A stretch of 64,000 bases of DNA from Macrostomum lignano (Eukaryota), in the NCBI GenBank assembly GCA_002269645.1, contig NIVC01000276.1:62001-126000 (forward strand), written 5' to 3'. A program made the translations under genes and the position numbers. Numbering within the stretch: position 1 is the first letter of the stretch; each line of letters opens with the position of its first letter. The notes beneath the pieces were generated by a model. It saw nothing but the letters and a program-made list of their open reading frames with translations. It made no database searches and was not told where the DNA came from. Below are positions 13,001 through 23,305 of this stretch, piece by piece.

Positions 13001-14875
13001 CTCCCCTCCGCCTGATTCCCCTCCGCCTGACTTCCCTCCGCCTGATTCCCCTCCGCCTGACTCCCCTCCGCCTGACTCCCCTCCGCCTGAGTTCCTCTAC
13101 CTAACTTGCCCCCAACCCTCTCGACTCCCACTCCTCTCCTCACCGCCTTACTCTTACAAATGTACCAACCTTCAGTTCACTGTACTGTTTTTTGGTATTT
13201 AAAGTTTATGTCTGTACTTGAAAAAGTTATGTTGTTTTTCAAACTCGAACAGCCGGACTTGTATAGTTTGTCTGCAAGTATTTCTCTATTCTCTTGTCTG
13301 CGTCAGCCCCCGGCTTTGACCAATAAGCTGGCCTTTCTTTGTGCGGCCACGAGTGTCCTATATGGGCCCAGGCCAGCCAATCCGTGTGCAAATTCTCAGC
13401 TGAGATAAGCCTGTTTAGCGACCTTTTCTGTGCGGCCAGGTGTGACGGATTGGGTGGCGCCACAGTCGGGCTTTTCGGCCCGAATAGCTAAATAGTTTTG
13501 GTACACTGGTTAGCCAGGATCGGTGCAAGTGGTGCCACGTTTTGTGCTAATAGTACACTTTGTGTCACACTGCCTGAGACTCCAGTCACACACTGCCTGA
13601 GACTCCAGTCACACTGCCTGAGACTCCAGTCACACACTGCCTGAGACTCCAGTCACACACTGCCTGAGACTCCAGTCACACACTGCCTGAGACTCCAGTC
13701 ACACACTGCCTGAGACTCCAGTCACACACTGCCTGAGACTCCAGTCACACACTGCCTGAGACTCTAGTTACACACTGCCTGAGATTTGTCCTACAACCCA
13801 CTGTTCTCAATCCCGCCCACTGCAGTGTTCCACCCAGTCTACCTGTCCCAGCTCACCTACGAGGAACTGTTCAACCGAATCACCAGCCTGTTTCAAGCTG
13901 ACGGCGACAAGATCTCTCAGGTGCTTGTCTATGGCCCAACCAGCATTGCCGTGTGCATTACAGATGAGGTGAGCCAGACTCGAAAGTGGTGGTGCTGCAA
14001 CTTATTTTACAAATAAAACGAAATCTTTATCTTCCCATCCATCTACCAATAGGCTCATCTATCTGCTAATTTACTTATATAAATGCAAATCTACTCACCC
14101 AACTGCCAATCTACTTATCCAACTGCCAATCTACTTATCCAACTGCCAATCTACTTATCCAACTGCCAATCTACTTATCCAACTGCCAATCTACTTATCC
14201 AACTGCCAATCTACTTATCCAACTGCCAATCTACTTATCCAACTGCCAATCTACTTATCCAACTGCCAATCTACTTATCCAACTGCCAATCTACTTATCC
14301 AACTGCCAATCTACTTATCCAACTGCCAATCTACTTATCCAACTGCCAATCTACTTATCCAACTGCCAATCTACTTATCCAACTGCCAATCTACTTATCC
14401 AACTGCCAATCTACTTATCCAACTGCCAATCTACTTATCCAACTGCCAATCTACTTATCCAACTGCTAATCTACTCATCCAACTGCCAATCTACTTATCC
14501 AACTGCCAATCTACTTATCCAACTGCCAATCTACTTATCCAACTGCCAATCTACTTATCCAACTGCCAATCTACTTATCCAACTGCCAATCTACTTATCC
14601 AACTGCCAATCTACTTATCCAACTGCTAATCTACTCATCCAACTGCCAATCTATTTATCGAGTACCGAGAAGAGCTTATCGGGTCTAAACATATAATATT
14701 TATTTCTCCACTCTCTCACCAGATGGTCGCACAGATGGAGAGCGAGTCAAAGTACACGCTGCATGTGCAGCCAGATCTGGCGGACCCCGGCCGCTTCCGC
14801 GTCTTCATGCGCGAGCGGCGCCACCACTGCGCTAAAGGCGGCAACAGCGGTGCGCAGGAGTCTTCGCCAGCCTAG
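4043..14875 (+). CDS. TFCP2: TFCP2/LSF/UBP1 (CP2/Grainyhead family, LSF subfamily with SAM domain) transcription factor, 7 exons, ~577 aa
   Basis: Exons 4043-4397, 4994-5058, 5846-6042, 11425-11790, 12162-12616, 13826-13968, 14723-14875 total 1734 nt in phase. Motifs: [84 protein letters not shown]-like WLRRQRF...[26 protein letters not shown], and C-terminal FHPVYL...[12 protein letters not shown]. Confidence 0.93.
4447..4572. repeat. ~23-bp tandem repeat, TFCP2 intron 1
   Basis: Units like GGACTTGGACTGTTTGGATTTCG. Confidence 0.75.
5140..5800. repeat. Degenerate GAGAT-rich low-complexity tract, TFCP2 intron 2
   Basis: Recurrent GAGAT/GAGATT/GATGAGAT words. Confidence 0.7.
6070..11230. repeat. 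5.2-kb 21/22-bp minisatellite with higher-order duplications, TFCP2 intron 3
   Basis: Unit CAGTG(A/G)GGTCTGTTGTGTGTTT; a unique marker CTTTCACTGTTTAAGGGTCCAG recurs at ~6545, ~7741 and ~9658. Confidence 0.97.
11810..12132. repeat. 20-bp minisatellite, TFCP2 intron 4
   Basis: Unit ACCAATCTACCCATCCAACT. Confidence 0.9.
12628..13105. repeat. 15-bp minisatellite, TFCP2 intron 5 (5' part)
   Basis: Unit CCTGACTCCCCTCCG, starting just after the donor at 12617. Confidence 0.9.
13572..13785. repeat. 23-bp minisatellite, TFCP2 intron 5 (3' part)
   Basis: Unit CTGCCTGAGACTCCAGTCACACA. Confidence 0.9.
14090..14660. repeat. 20-bp minisatellite, TFCP2 intron 6
   Basis: Near-perfect AACTGCCAATCTACTTATCC units. 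Confidence 0.95.
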
Positions 14876-14964
14876 CTGGAACTGTCCCTCTTCTCTTCGC
14901 GAATGCAATTTTGCTCTTTGTTTTATGAGTTTTGCTCTTTGTTTTATAACTTGGCGTTAAGGCG

Positions 14965-15520
14965 GTCCAGGGTTCTTCAGAGTTCCGCAAAGTTCTTCAG
15001 AGTTTCTCGGGGTTTTAGGTTCTTCAGGGTTCTTCAGGTTCTTTAGGGTTCTTCAGGGTTTTTCAGGTTCTTCAGGTTCTTCAGGGTTCTTCAGGTTCTT
15101 CAGGATTTTTCAGGTTCTTCAGGTTTCTTCGGGTTCTTCAGGGTTCTTCAGGTTCTTCAGGATTTTTCAGGTTCTTCAGGTTTCTTCGGGTTCTTCAGGG
15201 TTCTTCAGGGTTTTTCAGGTTCTTCAGGTTCTTCAGGGTTTTTCAGGTTCTTCAGGTTCTTCCGGGTTGTTCAGGTTCTTCAGGTTCTTCAGAGTTCTTC
15301 AGGGTTCTTCAGAGTTCTTCAGGGTTCTTCAGAGTTCTTCAGGGTTCTTCAGAGTTATTCGGGTTCTTTGGGTTCTTAAGGGTTCTTCAGGGTTTTTCAG
15401 AGTTATTCAGGTTCTTCGGGTTCTTCAGGGTTCTTCAGGGTTCTTCAGAGTTATTCAGGTTCTTCGGGTTCTTCAGGGTTCTTCAGGGTTCTTCAGGGTT
15501 CTTCAAGGTTCTTCAAGACC
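14965..15520. repeat. 9/10-bp GGGTTCTTCA tandem repeat
   Basis: Repeated (G)GGTTCTTCA downstream of the TFCP2 stop. Confidence 0.9.
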
Positions 15521-16032
15521 CTTCGAGTGTTTTTCGATCTGCCAGTTTTGCATATTCCAGTGTGTTTCATTGCGGTAGCAATATTTGAAGCCGTGTGAGC
15601 CAGGTCAGCAGCTCACTTAACGAATTTTTTGGCAACAAAAGAATTTTGCTTGCAATTAACAATGGAATGCTTGCAGCAGTTCAGACTGCAGATTGTGTCA
15701 TGTTGCCGGCTGCAATTTATTGCAATTTCTACACGCCTGTTAACATGTCTAAGGAAGATTTAAAAGTATAAGATAGTGAGTTATTTTTTAGATAACCTGT
15801 GGTCCCCGTTGGTATCATGCGCTGTAGCTCCAGCCTCACCATTCCCTATTCCACTGTCATTCACTTCATGTTTAATATTTTTTCTTCAATATTGTGTCAT
15901 ATTTCGTTCATCAGTAGATGCTTGCTCATATTCATAACTGTGTTTATCCAGCTTGCTGCGGCTGCGGCTAGGGTGTGAGGAATGTTGCTTTTGAACTGGA
16001 AGGAAATGCAAGCTCTCTGATAGTTTTAGTCA

Positions 16033-16782
16033 CCTGAGAATCGCCCTTAAATGACCTGAGAATCGCCCTTAAATGTCCTGAGAATCGCCCTTAAATGACC
16101 CGAGAATCGCCCTTAAATGTCCTGAGAATCGCCCTTAAATGACCTGAGAACCGCCCTTAAATGACCCGAGAATCGCCCTTAAATGACCCGAGAATCGCCC
16201 TTAAATGTCCTGAGAACCGCCCTTAAATGTCCTGAGAATCGCCCTTAAATGACCCGAGAATCGCCCTTAAATGACCTGAGAATCGCCCTAAATGACCTGA
16301 GAATCGCCCTTAAATGACCCGAGAATCGCCCTAAATGACCCGAGAATCGCCCTTAAATGACCCGAGAATCGCCCTAAATGACCTGAGAATCGCCCTAAAT
16401 GACCCGAGAATCGCCCTAAATGACCCGAGAATCGCCCTAAATGACCTGAGAATCGCCCTAAATGACCCGAGAATCGCCCTAAATGACCCGAGAATCGCCC
16501 TAAATGACCTGAGAATCGCCCTACATGACCCGAGAATCGCCCTTAAATGACCCGAGAATCGCCCTAAATGACCCGAGAATCGCCCTTAAATGACCCGAGA
16601 ATCGCCCTTAAATGACCCGAGAATCGCCCTAAATGACCCGAGAATCGCCCTTAAATGACCCGAGAATCGCCCTTAAATGACCCGAGAATCGCCCTAAATG
16701 ACCTGAGAATCGCCCTAAATGACCCGAGAATCGCCCTAAATGACCCGAGAATCGCCCTAAATGACCTGAGAATCGCCCTCAA
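16033..16782. repeat. 21/22-bp intergenic minisatellite
   Basis: Unit CC(T)TAAATGACC(C/T)GAGAATCGC. Confidence 0.95.
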
Positions 16783-17289
16783 ATTACCTCAGAATCTGGT
16801 TAACTCTTTCCACTTCTCCTTGGCTTCCAGCTGCTTATGAAGCGGCGACCACCGCATTTGGCCATCATTCTCAAACAGCTATTTGCTCTGTCATCACTAA
16901 GCAGGAATAGCAGAGATTCCATGCAGTCCCAGAATCCTCATGCTTGGACCGGAGCCTCGCCTTGTATTAGCTCATTATATAATTACTCATTAACATATAA
17001 TTGGCGTATTGCTGCATTGTGCACCAGCTTGCCAACAAATTTTCAAATAAAAAATTGATTAATTTTTTTTCCAGAGCCAATAGCAGAATTCCTTTTTACT
17101 AACTGCCGCTACTTCCGTCAGAACTTGGCGCTTGTTTTGAGTGGATATTTTTTCAGGTCTTTATCCTGTTTTTACTTGTAAATATACTCTTTGTAGGGCC
17201 AACCGTTTGCTAAAGAAAGCATCCTCTATACTGACTTTTATCTGAGCATTGAATTCTCTGCACTGATTCCTATGGCTAGCACACAAATA

Positions 17290-18420
17290 TCCCTCCTCTC
17301 CACCTGATTCCCCTCCTCTCCACCTGATTCCCCTCCTCTCCACCTGATTCCCCTCCTCTCCACCTGATTCCCCTCCTCTCCACCTGATTCCCCTCCTCTC
17401 TCCGCCTGATTCCCCTCCTCTCCACCTGATTCCCCTCCTCTCTCCACCTGATTCCCCTCCTCTCCACCTGATACCCCTCCTCTCCACCTGATTCCCCTCC
17501 TCTCCACCTGATTCCCCTCCTCTCCACCTGATTCCCATCCCCTCTCTACCTAATTCCCCTCCTCTCTCCACCTAATTCCCCTCCTCTCTCCACCTGATTC
17601 CCCTCCCCTCTCCACCTGATTCCCCTCCTCTCCACCTGATTACCCTCCTCTCCACCTGATTCCCCTCCTCTCTCCACCTGATTCCCCTCCTCTCTCCACC
17701 TAATTCCCCTCCTCTCTCTAGCTGATTCCCCTCCTCTCCACCTGATTCCCCTCCTCTCCACCTGATTCCCCTCCTCTCCACCTGATTCCCCTCCTCTCCA
17801 CCTGATTCCCCTCCTCTCTCCGCCTGATTCCCCTCCTCTCTCCACCTGATACCCCTCCCCTCTCCACCTGATTCCCCTCCTCTCTACCTGATTCCCCTCC
17901 TCTCTCCGCCTGATTCCCCTCCTCTCTCCACCTGATACCCCTCCTCTCTACCTGATTCCCCTCCTCTCCACCTGATTCCCCTCCTCTCCACCTGATTCCC
18001 CTCCTCTCTCCGCCTGATTCCCCTTCTCTCTCCACCTGATTCCCCTCCCCTCTACCTAATTCCCCTCCTCTCTCCGCCTGATTCCCCTCCCCTCTACCTG
18101 ATTCCCCTCCTCTCTCCGCCTGATTCCCCTCCCCTCTACCTGATTCCCCTCCTCTCTACGCCTGATTCCCCTCCTCTCCCCACCTGATTTCCCTCCTCTC
18201 TCCGCCTGATTCCCCTCCTCTCTACCTAATTCCCCTCCTCTCCCCACCTGATTCCCCTCCTCTCTCCACCTGATTCCCCTCCTCTCTCCACCTGATTCCC
18301 CTCCTCTCCACCTGATTCCCCTCCTCTCTCCACCTGATTCCCCTCCTCTCCACCTGATTCCCCTCCTCTCTCCGCCTGATTCCCCTCCTCTCTCCACCTC
18401 ATTCCCGCCTCTCTCCACCT
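17290..18420. repeat. 20/22-bp pyrimidine-rich minisatellite upstream of WASHC1
   Basis: Unit CCACCTGATTCCCCTCCTCT(CT). Confidence 0.95.
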
Positions 18421-18584
18421 AGTTCCCTCTCTCCACGACAGTATTTTTGGTTGAGAAGCAGTTAAAATCTTTCAAAATGTCAGATGGCGTCACTGAGACA
18501 ATAAAAATGCTGAAAGGCCAAAATAGGAACTAAAGCTGAGCAGTGTAGTTAATCCCATGCTCAATCCCGCAGCCCAGCGATTCA

Positions 18585-20380
18585 ATGCCAGCTCAGCCGC
18601 TGCAGGTGCGCCCGCCATCGGCCGATCTGCGCCACGAAGAGCTGCTGGTGCAGTCTGCTGACTCGCTGGCCGAGGTGGCCGGGGTGGCCGAGGCCGTGTT
18701 CGACAGGCTGGGCAGCCGGCTGGCTGAGCAGCGGGCCGAGTGCGACCGCCTGCGGCGCAGAGCCGCCGACTGCCAGGCCAAGATCGACTTTTTGAAGGGG
18801 ACGACTCGGGCTGTGCAGGTGCGGGGGAGTCAGGTGCTGGGAATGAGAGTCAGGTGTTGGGAATGAGAGTCAGGTGCTGGGAATGAGATTCAGGTGTTGG
18901 GAATGAGAGTCAGGTGTTGTGAATGAGAATCAGGTGTTGGGAATGAGAATCAGGTGTTGGGAATGAGAGTCAGGTGTTGGGAATGAGAGTCAGGTGCTGG
19001 GAATAAGAGTCAGGTGCTGGGAATGAGAATCAGGTGTTGGGAATGAGAGTCAGGTGTTGGGAATGAGAGTCAGGTGTTGTGAATGAGAATCAGGTGCTGG
19101 GAATAAGAGTCAGGTGTTGGGAATAAGAGTCAGGTGTTGGGAATGAGAGTCAGGTGTTGGGAACGAGAGTCAGGTGTTGGGAATGAGAGTCAGATGATGG
19201 GAATGAGAGTCAAGTGATAAGGAGACTCAGGTCATTTGCGAGCTATTGGGATAAAAATGCCATCCAAATGATCCCGCAGGTGTTTGCGGTCCCGAAATTT
19301 CCCGCCGGAGGCGACTCGGCGCCAGCTTTTCTGTCGCCCTTCGCGCCGGAAGGCGAGGGCGCTGCCGCGACTGCTGCAGTGGGGGAGGTCCAGACGGCGG
19401 TCCGTCGTGTGGCCGCCCAGCACGAGGCGCTGACGGAGGCGCTGCTGGCCGAAAAGCGGCACTACATGATGCTGCCGCTGCGCCCTCCCGGCGCCAAGCG
19501 CGCGGCAGCCGCCGAAGGCCTCGGCCGGCCGCCGCCGGGGCTGCGGTCGCTCAGCGGCCTGTTGCTGTTCAACACTGCCGAGAATCCCTACCGGAAGTAC
19601 AGCCTGCTGGATCCGCTCGGCGTTGTCCACCGAGTTCGAGCCGTTCAATCCGACGACTCCAGCGGCGGCGGCGGCGCCACGCCCGGCCAGGCGCCCGACA
19701 GCATCCTGCTGGGCGACCGCCTGGAGGCGCCTGGCGCCGATTCCCTGCTGTACGTGCCCACCCTTGGCGCCGTGCCCGACATGGAGAGCCTGCCGGCCCG
19801 CCTGCCCCAGCTGGCCGGGGTGGCCGAGAATGTCCAATACCTCGGCGACCTCGGGCCCGGCATCGCCCCGTCCGCTGCCGACAACATCCTCAGCAGCCTC
19901 GGCGACCTACCCAGCGCTCCGCCGCCTCCGCCTGCCTCCGCTGCGGCTTCTGAGCCGGCCCCTCCTCCGCCTCCTCCGCCCCCTCCGCCCCCTCCGCCCC
20001 CTCCACCGCCTCCGCCTCCGCCTTCCGCTGGCGTGCCGCCGCCTCCCCCTCCGCCGCCCCTCCGCCTCCCCCTCCGCCTCCTCCGCCACCGCCGCCTCCG
20101 CCACCTCCGCCTGGCGATCTGCCTGGCGCCGTGGCGGCGCCGGACGCGTCTCGCGCCAGTCTGTTGGACGCCATTCGACAGGCTGGCGGCGCCGGAAAAG
20201 CCAAGCTGAAGTCCGTGAAGGAGCGAAAACTCGAACGGAAACGTCGGATTCGCGACGATCGGGAAACCGCCGACGCTGGCGCCGACGATGGTGGGGGCGC
20301 GGCGGTGGCGGAGCGGAGGCCGGCGGCATGGACATGATGGCGCAGTTGAAGATGCGGCTGAGTAAGCGGCGACAGGGCAT

Positions 20381-20413
<33 letters not shown>

Positions 20414-20555
20414 TGGTGGCAACGGCAATGGCGGAGGCAGCGGCGGCACGGGCAACTCGATGTTCGACACCGTCAGTGCGATGATTGCTCAGGAGGCCGC
20501 TGAGACGGCAGCCGGTGACGGCAGCGATGGTGACGATCAGGACTGGCTGGACTGA
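18585..20555 (+). CDS. WASHC1: WASH complex subunit 1 (WASH1), 2 exons, ~503 aa after correcting two 1-nt homopolymer deletions
   Basis: Exon 18585-18818 (DLRHEE...QAKIDFLKG...AVQ) joins 19280-20555 (VFAVPKFP; [20 protein letters not shown]; [24 protein letters not shown]; poly-Pro; WH2 [26 protein letters not shown]; [20 protein letters not shown]; acidic end GDDQDWLD*). The frame shifts at ~20058 (C run) and ~20295 (G run); exon 2 is 1276 nt and adding 2 nt restores a multiple of 3. Confidence 0.92.
18826..19213. repeat. 20-bp minisatellite filling WASHC1 intron 1
   Basis: Unit CAGGTGTTGGGAATGAGAGT. Confidence 0.95.
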
Positions 20556-20915
20556 ATTAGGGACTTCTAGATAGCTCTTGGACTAGTTGGATCGAATCAG
20601 GGACTTCTAGATAGCTCTTGGACTGGCTGGACTGAATTAGGGACTTCTAGATAGCTCTTGGACTGGCTGGACTGAATTAGGGACTTCTAGATAGCTCTTG
20701 GACTGGCTGGACTGAATTAGGGACTTCTAGATAGCTCTTGGACTGGCTGGACTGAATTAGGGACTTCTAGATAGCTCTTGGACTGGCTGGACTGAATTAG
20801 GGACTTCTAGATAGCTCTTGGACTGGCTGGACTGAATTAGGGACTTCTAGATAGCTCTTGGACTGGTTAAGCTGAATCAGGGACTTCTACATAGCTCTTG
20901 GACTGGCTGGACTGA
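20553..20915. repeat. 40-bp tandem repeat starting at the WASHC1 stop codon (copy 1)
   Basis: Unit GACTGAATTAGGGACTTCTAGATAGCTCTTGGACTGGCTG, head to tail with no spacers; repeated at ~22459-22821. Confidence 0.93.
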
Positions 20916-21399
20916 ATCAGGGAATTAACAGGTTTTACGACCTATAAAAATCCAAAATTGGTAAACCCTGGATAAAGCCTGGAGTTCTGGGGGTTGATTT
21001 GCTTACAATTTGCAGCATTCATTTTATTTTTTTATTAGCGCTGTTTGATGCCCTGTTTAATTATTCTGATAAATATTGCAGTAATAAGGAACGCATCAAT
21101 TTTTATTCAAATCTGATTCGAGCAGTTTTCTATCATTGTATCATTTTTACTAAAGCTAGGGTTCTTCCATTTTATGATTTTTTAAATCAAATTGGCTCAA
21201 TTTTTTCTATACAGAAGCATTCCCCAGATCCTACTGCAGTGCAATCGATTGAAATACATTTGTTATTTTAAACACTTTTAATGACTGTCTTTCTTTTATT
21301 ATAGACAATTAATCTTATCACAGGAACTGGAGTAGCAGATAATTAAGGAACTCAGAATTTGCATTCATCCTAACCCGCTACCCTCAGCTCTGATCATCC

Positions 21400-21546
21400 A
21401 TGGCCGAGTCCCTGGCCCGCCGGCTGGCCGAGCCCGGCTGCTCCGGCCAGAACGCACTGGTCAGCCTCAGCCAGCACGTGACCCGTGGCGACCAGGCGCA
21501 CAGGCAGGAGGTCGGCCAGCAGGCCGTGCGGGCGCAGCAGCTGCAG
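21400..21546 (+). pseudogene. Duplicated orphan PEX5 exon 1
   Basis: Identical to 23306-23452, but followed by a truncated intron repeat and the WASH 3' fragment. Confidence 0.8.
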
Positions 21547-22112
21547 GTTCGCGGAGGATTGGGAAGGGTGGAGGATTGGGGAGGGTGGAGGATTGGGGAG
21601 GGTGGAGGATTGGGGAGGGTGGAGGATTGGGGAGGGTGGAGGATTGGGGAGGGTGGAGGATTGGGGAGGGTGGAGGATTGGGGAGGGTGGAGGATTGGGG
21701 AGGGTGGAGGATTGGGGAGGGTGGAGGATTGGGGAGGGTGGAGGATTGGGGAGGGTGGAGGATTGGGGAGGGTGGAGAATTGGGGAGGGTGGAGGATTGG
21801 GAAGGGTGGAGGATTGGGGAGGGTGGAGGATTGGGGAGGGTGGAGGATTGGGAAGGGGAGGGTGGAGGATTGGGGAGGGTGGAGGATTGGGGAGGGTGGA
21901 GGATTGGGGAGGGGAGGGTGGAGGATTGGGGAGGGTGGAGGATTGGGGAGGGTGGATGATTGGGAAGGGTGGAGGATTGGGGAGGGTGGAGGATTGGGGA
22001 GGGTGGAGGATTGGGGAGGGGAGGGTGGAGGATTGGGGAGGGAGGGTGGAGGATTGGGGAGGGGAGGGTGGAGGATTGGGGAGGGTGGAGGATTGGGGAG
22101 GGTGGAGGATTG

Positions 22113-22286
22113 GAAGTCCGTGAAGGAGCGAAAACTCGAACGGAAACGTCGGATTCGCGACGATCGGGAAACCGCCGACGCTGGCGCCGACGATGGTGGG
22201 GGGCGCGGCGGTGGCGGAGCGGAGGCCGGCGGCATGGACATGATGGCGCAGTTGAAGATGCGGCTGAGTAAGCGGCGACAGGGCAT

Positions 22287-22319
<33 letters not shown>

Positions 22320-22461
22320 TGGTGGCAACGGCAATGGCGGAGGCAGCGGCGGCACGGGCAACTCGATGTTCGACACCGTCAGTGCGATGATTGCTCAGGA
22401 GGCCGCTGAGACGGCAGCCGGTGACGGCAGCGATGGTGACGATCAGGACTGGCTGGACTGA
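22113..22461 (+). pseudogene. Duplicated WASHC1 3' fragment (end of WH2, central, acidic)
   Basis: [13 protein letters not shown]...[20 protein letters not shown]...DQDWLD*; has 6 G at ~22198-22203 (in frame) where copy 1 has 5. Confidence 0.85.
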
Positions 22462-23305
22462 ATTAGGGACTTCTAGATAGCTCTTGGACTAGTTGGATCG
22501 AATCAGGGACTTCTAGATAGCTCTTGGACTGGCTGGACTGAATTAGGGACTTCTAGATAGCTCTTGGACTGGCTGGACTGAATTAGGGACTTCTAGATAG
22601 CTCTTGGACTGGCTGGACTGAATTAGGGACTTCTAGATAGCTCTTGGACTGGCTGGACTGAATTAGGGACTTCTAGATAGCTCTTGGACTGGCTGGACTG
22701 AATTAGGGACTTCTAGATAGCTCTTGGACTGGCTGGACTGAATTAGGGACTTCTAGATAGCTCTTGGACTGGTTAAGCTGAATCAGGGACTTCTACATAG
22801 CTCTTGGACTGGCTGGACTGAATCAGGGAATTAACAGGTTTTACGACCTATAAAAATCCAAAATTGGTAAACCCTGGATAAAGCCTGGAGTTCTGGGGGT
22901 TGATTTGCTTACAATTTGCAGCATTCATTTTATTTTTTTATTAGCGCTGTTTGATGCCCTGTTTAATTATTCTGATAAATATTGCAGTAATAAGGAACGC
23001 ATCAATTTTTATTCAAATCTGATTCGAGCAGTTTTCTATCATTGTATCATTTTTACTAAAGCTAGGGTTCTTCCATTTTATGATTTTTTAAATCAAATTG
23101 GCTCAATTTTTTCTATACAGAAGCATTCCCCAGATCCTACTGCAGTGCAATCGATTGAAATACATTTGTTATTTTAAACACTTTTAATGACTGTCTTTCT
23201 TTTATTATAGACAATTAATCTTATCACAGGAACTGGAGTAGCAGATAATTAAGGAACTCAGAATTTGCATTCATCCTAACCCGCTACCCTCAGCTCTGAT
23301 CATCC

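Noticed and set aside
20553-22825. 40-bp repeats resembling CRISPR direct repeats
   Set aside because: Head-to-tail with no unique spacers, no cas genes, eukaryotic context. The same applies to the 20-24-bp arrays elsewhere.
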